A stretch of 64,000 nt of DNA. It comes from a virus (lineage: Duplodnaviria; Caudoviricetes). Below, in pieces: positions 45,557-54,570 of this stretch. Under the pieces are notes generated by a model, which saw only the letters and a program-made list of their open reading frames with translations, was not told where the DNA came from and made no database searches. The position numbers and the translations under genes are program-made. The stretch spans positions 2,764-66,763 of the IMG/VR virus record IMGVR_UViG_3300047539_000162. One strand, given 5' to 3'. Positions within the stretch are counted from its first letter, which is position 1. Each line of letters starts with the position of its first letter.

Positions 45557-47971
45557 ATGCAGGTAATGGTTGGCAACAATTACGGGTTGTACACATTCAA
45601 CGCCGCCACAGGTGTCATCACTCTGTCTGGTCTACCAACTCCTCTCACTGCCGGACAGGTGAAATTGATTGTCAACGCAAAGACCAACACCATCATTTTC
45701 AATCTGGCCGACCCGACTCGGACCGCCGCAATCTCTGGTAGCACAATTGTGTTGTCCTACAACACAGGTGCGATGGGCAACTCCGACCCGCTTCAGATTT
45801 TCATGGATGTGCCCGCAGAGTACGTGCAGCAAGCGGTTGTTGGTACGTTCTGGCAAGCAACCCAGCCAGTAAACGGGTCCGTCAGCGTCTCCAATCTTCC
45901 TTCTACTCAGGCCGTGAGTGGTTCGGTCAGTGTCTCAAATCTGCCCACCACGCAAGCTGTAACAGGAACTTTCTGGCAAGCCACGCAGCCTGTTTCTGGC
46001 ACTGTGGCGGTTTCTGGATCAGTTGCCGTGACAGGAACTTTCTACCAAGCTACCCAGCCTGTCTCGGGTTCTGTTTCCATCACAGGAACACCCAGCGTCA
46101 GCGTCAGCAACTTCCCGGCCTCACAAGCGGTGACTGGAGTCTTCTGGCCCACAATCCAGCCGGTGTCAAGCACTCAGCTTCCTGCTTCACTGGATGGTTC
46201 TGGGAATCTCAAGGTTGCGATAGAGAATTCCTCGATAGCTGTCACTGGCACGTTCTGGCAAACAACCCAGCCTGTTTCCGGATCAGTCTCGATTACCGGG
46301 ACACCCAGCGTCAGTGTAAGTAACTTCCCCTCAAGTCAGGCTGTCACTGGCACCTTTTGGCAGACTACTCAACCAGTGTCTGGGACCGTGGCAGTGTCTG
46401 CCGTATCCGGATCAGTTGCCGTGACAGGTACATTCTGGCAAGCCACTCAACCTGTCAGTGGTTCCGTTGCGATTACCGGCACTCCAGCTATTTCAGGGAC
46501 TGTCACTTCAAACCAGGGGTCTGCAAACACCGCAGCGAGCGCATGGCCGACCTACACTACAGTTTCCGGAGCAGCAATTGATCCTCGTCAAACCCGTGCT
46601 CTGACTTCTGCTGATCAGGTAACGATTGCAAATTCTTCAATCGCTGTTGTCACAACCGCACAGCAGAACACCACGGATGCCAACAACACAACGACCACTC
46701 CGCTGGCCGCGAACGGGGTCTTCACTGGAGTGGCAACCAGTGTGGCAAACTATGCCTCCGTAGAAATCGGCATCTACTCTGACCAGTCCTCTGCCACAAA
46801 TGGTCTACAGGTTGAGTGGAGTCCTGACGGCACGAACTGGGATTATGTTTCCGCAGTGAGCTACACTGGCGGCGCTGGACTTTCAATTCCATTCCCAGTT
46901 CAGAGCAACTACTTCCGCCTCATTTACACCAATGGAGGAACACTTCAGACTTCCTTCCGGCTCTACGTTCTGCTGATCCCGGTCAGCGTGATCTCCCCGA
47001 CGCAGGTTTTGTCTCAGCAGCCGACCAATGCGAATTTGGCTGTCCTGAATCGCTCTGTATTGACCGGCAGATACAACACGGCTGGTGTCTACATGAATGT
47101 CGGATGCGATTCCAACGGCAACCTGCTGGTGGATCAGTCCTTCATCGGGAATAGTGCCATAGCAATTTCAATGCCGGGTGTACAGAAGGTTGGCGTGGTA
47201 GGTGGTTCCGGAGGCGGGGCAATAGACGGTGTTCAGAATGCTGCTGCCCCTGCCAATGCCTTGGTAATTGGCGGCGTCTACAATGCTTCGGCTCCCACTA
47301 TCACGACCGGACATCTCACTGCCCTCCAGACAACTGTTGGTGGCTCTCTGAAGGTTGACGATACTTCCATTGCCGGAACTGCTCTAGGAACTCCGGTCAA
47401 TTTTGGGACCAGTCCTGGTGCTGTAATCGCTGGATCTGTGAATGCTTCTCTGTCGGTCGGAACCACGATGGTGTCCGCCGCTGCTCCTGTGCCAGTCTCA
47501 CCAACGAATGCAGCTAACACCTCTGCTAATCCATTTTGGCATGCCATGACTGATCAGTATGCCAACCAGCTTCAGTTTGAGGCTGCGTCTCCAACTGGTG
47601 TCAATTACTACAGACTCCCCGTAAACGCGATTCCTCTGGCAGCCGCTGGCATCGGAGCTTCTTGCAGTGCGTATCTGGGTGCCGCCCAAGCTACGGCAGT
47701 CAATCTCAAGGCCACCAGTGGAAACCTGTATGGTTTGGCAATTGTCAGTGCCACTGCCACCGCTGGATTTATTGAATTCTTTGACACTGCAACCACTGCG
47801 ACGTCCGGTGCGGTCTGGGCAATTCCGATTGCAGCAAGTGGGACCGTCATTATCCCACCATCAGCCTTGGCTCTGATGCACTTCGCAAATGGAATTGCGA
47901 TCAACGTCGCTTCTCCGCTGAACGGAACAACGACTCAGATCACCTGGACCGGAACAGTCATGTTCAAGTAG
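45557..47971 (+). CDS. 804-aa Ser/Thr/Val-rich repeat protein, probable virion fibre/decoration
   Basis: Seven copies of (T)GTF[WY]Q[AT]TQPVSG; N-terminus YTFNAA...IIFNLADP...LQIF.D recalled from phage fibres. Confidence 0.8.
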   Translation: MQVMVGNNYGLYTFNAATGVITLSGLPTPLTAGQVKLIVNAKTNTIIFNLADPTRTAAISGSTIVLSYNTGAMGNSDPLQIFMDVPAEYVQQAVVGTFWQATQPVNGSVSVSNLPSTQAVSGSVSVSNLPTTQAVTGTFWQATQPVSGTVAVSGSVAVTGTFYQATQPVSGSVSITGTPSVSVSNFPASQAVTGVFWPTIQPVSSTQLPASLDGSGNLKVAIENSSIAVTGTFWQTTQPVSGSVSITGTPSVSVSNFPSSQAVTGTFWQTTQPVSGTVAVSAVSGSVAVTGTFWQATQPVSGSVAITGTPAISGTVTSNQGSANTAASAWPTYTTVSGAAIDPRQTRALTSADQVTIANSSIAVVTTAQQNTTDANNTTTTPLAANGVFTGVATSVANYASVEIGIYSDQSSATNGLQVEWSPDGTNWDYVSAVSYTGGAGLSIPFPVQSNYFRLIYTNGGTLQTSFRLYVLLIPVSVISPTQVLSQQPTNANLAVLNRSVLTGRYNTAGVYMNVGCDSNGNLLVDQSFIGNSAIAISMPGVQKVGVVGGSGGGAIDGVQNAAAPANALVIGGVYNASAPTITTGHLTALQTTVGGSLKVDDTSIAGTALGTPVNFGTSPGAVIAGSVNASLSVGTTMVSAAAPVPVSPTNAANTSANPFWHAMTDQYANQLQFEAASPTGVNYYRLPVNAIPLAAAGIGASCSAYLGAAQATAVNLKATSGNLYGLAIVSATATAGFIEFFDTATTATSGAVWAIPIAASGTVIIPPSALALMHFANGIAINVASPLNGTTTQITWTGTVMFK

Positions 47972-47979
47972 GAGATTGA

Positions 47980-48393
47980 ATGATCGAAAAGGGTCTGTTT
48001 CAACTTATCCAGTCCGATGCCACAGTCGCCACAATCGTCACCACGACGAATGGTACTGGGGTCTACTGGATTCTCATGCCGAAGGGCGCAGCAGTTCCCT
48101 GCATCATCCTCTCCCGTGTAGCCACCGACGACACCTATGCAATGTCCGGCACGATGAAGTTCCGAGGAGCATTGTTCCAGGTCGATTGTTACGCGGCCAG
48201 CTTCTACGATGCGCGATCACTTGGAGACATCGTCCGGCACTTGCTGGAATCGTACATAGGCACTCTGGCAGATGGCACAGTCGTAAGCGGTATCCAAGTC
48301 ACCAAGGACTGGGATATGCCCTATGAAGAGGGTGGAAAAGGCTTCGTGTACCGCGCCTTGATTGAAGTCCGCGTTTGGTACAGGGATAGTTAG
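47980..48393 (+). CDS. Tail terminator/completion protein (DUF3168-like)
   Basis: P.GA..P.I...RV...FQVDCYA..F..AR.L. Confidence 0.85.
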   Translation: MIEKGLFQLIQSDATVATIVTTTNGTGVYWILMPKGAAVPCIILSRVATDDTYAMSGTMKFRGALFQVDCYAASFYDARSLGDIVRHLLESYIGTLADGTVVSGIQVTKDWDMPYEEGGKGFVYRALIEVRVWYRDS

Positions 48394-48890
48394 TTGACTG
48401 TATTGCGAAGTTCGGCCTCATACCCCTCGGTAGCAGCCTCGGTATCTGCGTGAATTCTTTTCCTCTCCGCAGTGATACATTCGCCAAACGTCACAGGGGT
48501 TATCTTCTCCCAATAGGACTCAGTCGTTGCCGTCGAAAGCACCAATCTTTCGTCTTTACCCGCGATATCCGAACACATTCCAATGGCAATCTTTTGCAAT
48601 TCCAGTTCCGTCCTTGCCTGCCTGATTCTCATGTCGCTAATGGCGTGAACCAGCATAAGTTCTTTCTCAGTCTTAACCAACTCATTGAACTTAACTGCCG
48701 TTACCCTCTTGATCGCGAATCCGATAGACGAGTGCTCCTGCACGGTGTAGATGTGAGACCCCCTCACAGTCTTATCACACACTGTAGCATCCTGATTTTG
48801 CAGCGTAGCACAGGTAAGCGCGGTCTGACTTACCGCTGATGACATCGGCACCAACAGGAGGAACGCCGCGATTGTCAAAGTGATTTTCAT
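48390..48890 (-). CDS. Counter-oriented secreted/periplasmic moron
   Basis: Signal peptide, four Cys, GAGG RBS; the only convincing minus-strand gene in the structural region. Confidence 0.75.
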   Translation of the reverse strand: MKITLTIAAFLLLVPMSSAVSQTALTCATLQNQDATVCDKTVRGSHIYTVQEHSSIGFAIKRVTAVKFNELVKTEKELMLVHAISDMRIRQARTELELQKIAIGMCSDIAGKDERLVLSTATTESYWEKITPVTFGECITAERKRIHADTEAATEGYEAELRNTVN

Positions 48891-49070
48891 GTGACCCTCT
48901 CACATAACAACTGTACCGGCCTAGTCCAGTAAATACCGCCCTGTTTTATACGTGTTTAGGCTTATGTTGAAAACTATTTAACCCCTATATGTAAGGCGAA
49001 GGCGAATACAAGCAAGGCGACTAACATATGGCTCCATCCTTCTTGTGTCGTCTCCCGCCCTGGGGGATAA

Positions 49071-49472
49071 ATGGCTATCCAAATTGAAGGTCTCGCCGAA
49101 CTCTCCCAACTTCTAACTGAAATCACACCTCAGGCAGCGAAACGCTACTTGGGTCGCTGTGGTGATAGTGCGGCTTTGCCCTTGCTTGCGGCAATGCAAG
49201 GGACCGTGCCAGTGGGCGTAGGAATTCTTGAGGAGCAACTCAGTTACTCAAAGAAATTCCTCAACGATGGCGACGAAACCACTCTAGAAATCAAGATCGG
49301 CCCAGAGAAACCAGCCTACTGGGGAAGTTTTCAAGAGTTTGGAACCTCAACTCAGGCCGGAACTCATTGGATGGGACGTGCTTGGGAAAGTTCCAAAGAT
49401 GAGGTTCTGAATGTCTTCGTCGAGGAAGCAAAGGCTCTCATTCAGGACTTGGGAGCGAAGAAGAAGGGATAA
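49071..49472 (+). CDS. HK97 gp10-family tail component
   Basis: YWG.FQEFGTS.Q....WM.RAWE. Confidence 0.88.
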   Translation: MAIQIEGLAELSQLLTEITPQAAKRYLGRCGDSAALPLLAAMQGTVPVGVGILEEQLSYSKKFLNDGDETTLEIKIGPEKPAYWGSFQEFGTSTQAGTHWMGRAWESSKDEVLNVFVEEAKALIQDLGAKKKG

Positions 49473-49475
49473 CAG

Positions 49476-50234
49476 ATGTCCGATTTGCCCAAAGTAAGTG
49501 GAATACTCCCGGTCGGGTACGGAAGCAAATACTTCCGCGTGGCGGCTGATGCCTTCCTAGCTTCCACTTACGAGGGCGAAGAGGGCGTGCGGGGACTACT
49601 CGAACTTGTAATCCTGGACAACAACGAGATTCCCATCAAGGACTTGATTCCCGACGACCCAAGAGTCGTGTACTACCACTGTGACCGGATGCCAGTAGGC
49701 TCACTCCGTAATCTTGCTACGTCGTATGCGACGGGTGACATCTGTGTGACGGTTGACGAAGACGACTGGAGTCACCCCGAGCGCGTGCGTGACCAAGTTT
49801 GTCGGCTGATTGTGACAGGTAAGGCAGTGACTGGTTTCCACTCAATCTACTTCTATGACACGAGCAATGGAAACACCTACAAATACTGGTACGAACCCAA
49901 TAGAGATCACATTCCCTACGCCTGTGGATCAAGCCAGTGCTACCTCAAATCCTGGTGGGAGAATCACAAGTTTCCGGCAACGGGAGTTGAAGATTATGCC
50001 TTCCAACATGAGGCTTTCGAGAACGATCAACTGGACAGCATTGACGGTGCAGAACTGCTAGTTGCGCGAGCACATAACGACAGCATGTGTTTCCCTGCAC
50101 AGCTTGGCATCCACAAACAGTTCCCCACAGTTCCCAAAGAAGAACTTCCCGCAGAGTTCTATGACGCAATAGCTCCCAAGGCTGTTGCAAAACCACAGAA
50201 GAAAGTAACAACACAGGAGAGCAACCATGAGTAA
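49476..50234 (+). CDS. Family 2 glycosyltransferase in the tail operon
   Basis: VS.ILP....., ELVILDN, G.LRN.A...A.GD, DxD motif (VDEDD..HPER). Confidence 0.88.
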   Translation: MSDLPKVSGILPVGYGSKYFRVAADAFLASTYEGEEGVRGLLELVILDNNEIPIKDLIPDDPRVVYYHCDRMPVGSLRNLATSYATGDICVTVDEDDWSHPERVRDQVCRLIVTGKAVTGFHSIYFYDTSNGNTYKYWYEPNRDHIPYACGSSQCYLKSWWENHKFPATGVEDYAFQHEAFENDQLDSIDGAELLVARAHNDSMCFPAQLGIHKQFPTVPKEELPAEFYDAIAPKAVAKPQKKVTTQESNHE

Positions 50235-50643
50235 CCCCATCGTAGGCATCGGAGACGCATTTGAATTTGCCTCCGTCTTGACTCCCGCCACATTCACCAC
50301 CCTCGCTGGTGTGACTTCCATTGCTATCTCTGGCGACAAGGTGGCAACAGAAAAGACCACGACCATGGCGACTGTCAACGGTGTTGACACGTTCATTGGT
50401 TCAACTCAAGACCCTGGCACGGCTGATGTCAAGGGGTGGTTCCTGCCTGGCGATACAACGCAGGTCGCTATCGAGGCCATCCGTGCCGCTGGCGTAGCCG
50501 TGCCCATGAAGGCACTGTATGGCTCGACCAATAGCTGCGCCTTCAGTGGAATCGTGGAATCGTTCACGCCTTCTTGGCCGCTGGAAAAGAACGCAACCTT
50601 CGATCTCAAGATCAAGATCAGCGGACCGAAAGTTTACGTCTAG
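50227..50643 (+). CDS. Major tail tube protein
   Basis: TTLAGVTSI, DPG, F.G.V.SF, IKISG pattern and position. Confidence 0.88.
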   Translation: MSNPIVGIGDAFEFASVLTPATFTTLAGVTSIAISGDKVATEKTTTMATVNGVDTFIGSTQDPGTADVKGWFLPGDTTQVAIEAIRAAGVAVPMKALYGSTNSCAFSGIVESFTPSWPLEKNATFDLKIKISGPKVYV

Positions 50644-50697
50644 CCAACTCTGACATGGTGGGGGCGAAAGCCCCCTCCTGTGTAGCTGAGGAACCCC

Positions 50698-51108
50698 ATG
50701 AAAGACGAAGCGATTCTCAAACTCGCGATTACGCCTCACTTCAAGCTGTCCATTGACAAAGAGGATGGCTCAGTTCCTGAAGTCTGGTGTCTATGCCTGG
50801 ACTACCGTGCGCTTGCGCGAATTGAAGATGCCACTGGCCTCGATTTGAAAAAGATCGACGCGTGGAAAGACATCAGTTCCGGAAAACATTTTCCCAAGAT
50901 CATCTGGGGAGCGTTGCAACGCTTTAACCCCGAGGCTGATGTTGAACACGTTCTAGATCTTCTGAACCCTGAAGCGCAGCGGATTCTCTCGGACAAACTC
51001 TTTGAGCTTTGCTTTCCAGGGGTCAGAGAGGCTTATCAGAAGGTTTTGGACGACGAGGGCAAAGGTGTAACTGCCGACCCAAACGTGCCAGCGGGGACGA
51101 TTTCTTAG
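50698..51108 (+). CDS. Tail assembly chaperone (gpG-like)
   Basis: Between the tail tube and tape measure genes; slippery heptamer near its end. Confidence 0.85.
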   Translation: MKDEAILKLAITPHFKLSIDKEDGSVPEVWCLCLDYRALARIEDATGLDLKKIDAWKDISSGKHFPKIIWGALQRFNPEADVEHVLDLLNPEAQRILSDKLFELCFPGVREAYQKVLDDEGKGVTADPNVPAGTIS

Positions 51109-51563
51109 AGCGTCCTCCTGTGACATGGGTTGATTACTACGCAATGGCTCGGTATGACCTGCATCTCGATTTGGAAGAGTTCTGGAACTTAACACCGGGG
51201 ATGTTTCAGGCTCTCTGCAAGCGTCGCAATGTAGGCATCCGGTACGAGAGGTACGCAAACGCTTTGACAGCCTCAGCGGTGTACAACTCGGTTCGATCAA
51301 GCGAAGACTCCCCGCTTATCTGTGCCTTCGATTTCATCCGGAATGAGAAGGATTCCGCCAAGTTGGAAAAGTTGAGGGAGGGTAAGAAGTTCTGCAAGAA
51401 GGTCATTGGCCAACTACCGATGACGACTCCGCGCTCGAAGTTTCTCGACGTTCGCCGCAAGGCCATCACCGACTTGACCGCGAGTGGTTACGAAACTCCG
51501 GAAGCACTATTTGACAGTGTGTGGCCGAGCTTAAAACCCACCGAAGAAGAGAGCACTCAATGA
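51078..51563 (+). CDS. -1 frameshift extension of the chaperone (gpGT-like)
   Basis: In-frame C CCA AAC (51078-51084); the -1 frame stays open to 51563. Confidence 0.8.
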   Translation, partial: PKRASGDDFLERPPVTWVDYYAMARYDLHLDLEEFWNLTPGMFQALCKRRNVGIRYERYANALTASAVYNSVRSSEDSPLICAFDFIRNEKDSAKLEKLREGKKFCKKVIGQLPMTTPRSKFLDVRRKAITDLTASGYETPEALFDSVWPSLKPTEEESTQ

Positions 51564-53839
51564 GTGAAATCGGCGCACTTATAGTCCGTCTACAAGCTGA
51601 GACTGCTGAGTTTCGGGAGGATCTCGGAAAGGTCAAGGGTGACCTTTCTGACCTTTCTGATAAGGGCGGCGAAGCTGGTCGTGGCATGTCTGCTGGTATG
51701 GGTGAGGCACGTGGCGGCCTGATGTTGGTCGAGGAATCGGTAGGAGTCAAACTTCCCCGTCATCTCAATTCTCTCATCGCTCAAATCCCTGGTGTTGGTG
51801 CGGCCTTCGCGATGATGCTTCCAATTGCCGGTGTGGTCGTTGCCATTGAAATCATCGCCAAGCTGATAGAGAAGCACAACGCGGCGGCAGAAGCAGCAAG
51901 ACAACTGGGGTTTGCTGAGCAGGAGTCAGGCATCAAGGGTCAAATGGCCCTCAACAGCCTGGACGACAAATTACTGGTTGTACAGAAGCGAACTGACGAA
52001 CTGACAGGCAACCATCTCGGTGCTCTCAAAAAGGAACTGGAACTCATAGATCATCAGTCTCTCAGTAGTTTGATCGCAGAGTTTGAACGGTTTGGTGGAG
52101 CGGCCGAGAAAATCATCAATGATATTCAGGCGAGTGTCGGCAAGATGGACATCTTTGAGTCGGGTGTCAAGGGTGTAAAGAGTGCCTACCAGGAGTTCAC
52201 GGTTGCTTACGAAGGGTATCTTTCCACTGCCACCAAAGCTAACGGAAATGAAGAGAAGGCGGAAACACTCCGCAAGAATACCCTCCGGGACGCACAGGCT
52301 GTACTGAATGCCCAGAAGGAAATCGTTGCAATAACCAGTGACCAGATACGTGTACAGGATTCTCTGAACACAGTTAAGAAGGATATGGCTGTCCTAGACG
52401 CAGCCGGCATTGGCGGCACTGAGAAGGACATTGCCGCGCAGCAAGCGTGGGTCAATGTACTGAACCTCACTGGACAGGCCAAGGAAAAGATCGCTGCCAT
52501 CGGAAAAGGAGAAAAGGGCAACGCTGGCATCGCGGCAGAGAATACCTCACTCGCTGAACAGGCTGCCCTACAGAAGGTTCTCACTTCTGGAGTGGAGCAG
52601 CACAGTCAAGCGTTGATCAAGCTCGCCCGTACTCAGGCTGAGACCACCATGGCCGGAACCAAGGGTGGTGAAGACGACAACATCGACGGCAAGTTGGCGA
52701 AGCAGAAGGCTGCGATTGAATCCGAGAAGGACGACTCCATTGCCGCTTCAAGGGCATCGTTAGTAGCCAAGGCCGCTGACTACGACGCCGACATGAAGGC
52801 CGCTGGTGGCAACGCAGCAAAGAAAAAGGAACTGACCGCACAGTGGGCAAACGAAGTCCACGCCTATTCGGATGCTGTTGTCCAGTTCAATGCCGATGCC
52901 GACAAGCAGATAGTTGTTGCTGATCGTACCGCCGCTAACGAGCGTGCAGCCATTGCTAAGGCTCTTCAAGCAGCGACTGCTGATGGTGCTATGAAGGCTG
53001 CCATCACAGCAGCGGAGCGTCAGAAGAAGATTTCCGATCAAGCTGCCAAGGACGAGGCTGCTCTCCATCACAAGACTGAAGCGCAGACTCTCGCGGCGGA
53101 GCTTGCTGCCAATGAAGCGGAAATCAACGCCGAGAAAACCGCATATCAGACTCGAATCAACAATCTGGATAAGTTCGACAAAGACTATGTGAAGAAGGTC
53201 AAGGAGCTAAACGACAAGATAAAGGAACTGACTGTAAAGGGTCAGGATGACGAAACACAGATCATCAAAACCGCTGCCCAGAAACAGTTGATGGAGATTA
53301 AGTCATCCGAAGACAGGATGAAGGAGGCAGTAGCTTCTGACGTCGCCAACTCCATCGTCATGAATAAGTCTCTTGCAGCGTCCTTCCGCCAGACTGGCGA
53401 ACAGATGGCTGAACAGATGATTAAGAACCTCATCATGATGGAACTGACCGGAGACAAAGAAAAACTGATCCATGCCAAGAGTGCTTATGGCAAAGCGTTC
53501 GACGCTATGTCAGGTATCCCCCCGGCTCCGATATGGGGATATGCAGCAGGCGCTCTTGCCTTCGCGGCGGTGATGAGCTTCGAGGCCGGAGGCAAGATTC
53601 CCGGCGATGGTCCTGTACCCATCGAAGGTCACGGTGGAGAGACGGTCGTAACCAAGGCTCTCACTGATCGAGTTGAATCCGCTGAAAAGAGTGGTGGCAA
53701 GAGTGGTGGTCAGCACACCTGGAACTTCGCTCCACAAATTCACGCAATGGACGCTGAAGGAGTAGATCGAGTGCTCGCCAAGCACGCTTCCGTGTTTCAA
53801 CGGCATGTAGGCCAGACCATGCGGAGGATGAACAAGTGA
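51560..53839 (+). CDS. Tape measure protein
   Basis: About 759 aa, Ala-rich and helical; IGALIVRL.AETAEF start, FEAGG.IPG near the end. Confidence 0.93.
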   Translation: MSEIGALIVRLQAETAEFREDLGKVKGDLSDLSDKGGEAGRGMSAGMGEARGGLMLVEESVGVKLPRHLNSLIAQIPGVGAAFAMMLPIAGVVVAIEIIAKLIEKHNAAAEAARQLGFAEQESGIKGQMALNSLDDKLLVVQKRTDELTGNHLGALKKELELIDHQSLSSLIAEFERFGGAAEKIINDIQASVGKMDIFESGVKGVKSAYQEFTVAYEGYLSTATKANGNEEKAETLRKNTLRDAQAVLNAQKEIVAITSDQIRVQDSLNTVKKDMAVLDAAGIGGTEKDIAAQQAWVNVLNLTGQAKEKIAAIGKGEKGNAGIAAENTSLAEQAALQKVLTSGVEQHSQALIKLARTQAETTMAGTKGGEDDNIDGKLAKQKAAIESEKDDSIAASRASLVAKAADYDADMKAAGGNAAKKKELTAQWANEVHAYSDAVVQFNADADKQIVVADRTAANERAAIAKALQAATADGAMKAAITAAERQKKISDQAAKDEAALHHKTEAQTLAAELAANEAEINAEKTAYQTRINNLDKFDKDYVKKVKELNDKIKELTVKGQDDETQIIKTAAQKQLMEIKSSEDRMKEAVASDVANSIVMNKSLAASFRQTGEQMAEQMIKNLIMMELTGDKEKLIHAKSAYGKAFDAMSGIPPAPIWGYAAGALAFAAVMSFEAGGKIPGDGPVPIEGHGGETVVTKALTDRVESAEKSGGKSGGQHTWNFAPQIHAMDAEGVDRVLAKHASVFQRHVGQTMRRMNK

Positions 53840-54570
53840 ACTATCCTGTCATGCCTCAACTACCGATATCCATGGCTAGTGGGATTCACAAGACTCCTGT
53901 GTTTAATACAGCGAGACAGAAGTCTGCCGCTGGTTATGTCAGCGCACTTGCTTTACAGCCATACCCGACTTGGCAGTTTGAATTCTCACTTGATCACATT
54001 CAAGGTAACGAGGCCGCAGCAAGCACTATCCTGGCTCATTTCTTCGGCATATTCATGTCCACATGTGGCGGAGCCATCCCATTTCTATTTGTGGACCCGC
54101 AGAATAGCGGAGTTCTCACTGATCAGTTTGGAACAGGGAACGGGACCACGACTGCCTTTCAGTTGAGCCGCAACATCAATGGCGCGGTTGACATTGTCCA
54201 GTTTGTGATTGGATCGCCACTTATCTACATCAATGGAACACTCACAACCAGTTACACGCTTTCGGTAACTGGAGTGGTTACATTCTCTACACCTCCGGCT
54301 GTCGGCGCTGTCCTGACTTGGACTGGTAGCTTCTACTACCTCTGCCGCTTCTCGGAAGACACGCTGGATTCAACCCGGTCGTTCACCGTCAACAACGGAC
54401 TAGATCAATGGATGATCCAGGGAGTGAAATTCCAATCCGAATTCGTCATGGGTGCGATCAATGGTGCAATCGCTGAGCCAGGAGGCGTAAGTGGCGGATT
54501 CATTTTCGTGAACGGAGTACTGGTGGGCAGCACCTCAGGCACCATCACGGTCAACGGAGACACGCTATGA
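53836..54570 (+). CDS. Distal tail protein (DUF2460-like)
   Basis: FLFVDP, FGTGNG.TT.FQL, F..PPA.GAVLTW.G.FY..CRF.ED. Confidence 0.85.
   Translation: MNYPVMPQLPISMASGIHKTPVFNTARQKSAAGYVSALALQPYPTWQFEFSLDHIQGNEAAASTILAHFFGIFMSTCGGAIPFLFVDPQNSGVLTDQFGTGNGTTTAFQLSRNINGAVDIVQFVIGSPLIYINGTLTTSYTLSVTGVVTFSTPPAVGAVLTWTGSFYYLCRFSEDTLDSTRSFTVNNGLDQWMIQGVKFQSEFVMGAINGAIAEPGGVSGGFIFVNGVLVGSTSGTITVNGDTL

Noticed and set aside
45840-46500. Diversity-generating retroelement TR/VR pair in the repeat protein or tail genes
   Set aside because: The repeats are in-frame protein repeats with synonymous divergence rather than adenine-specific changes, and there is no reverse transcriptase in the window.
48960-48990. 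Sigma-32 promoter reading of TTGAAA...CCCCTATAT (and TTGACA...CCCCTATGT at 60800)
   Set aside because: The spacers (9 and 12 bp) are inconsistent with each other and shorter than the established RpoH spacing; kept only as an unassigned late motif.
50658-50675. gggggc-gaaa-gccccc hairpin after the tail tube gene as a novel RNA
   Set aside because: A short GNRA hairpin after a highly expressed structural gene is an ordinary stabiliser or attenuator.
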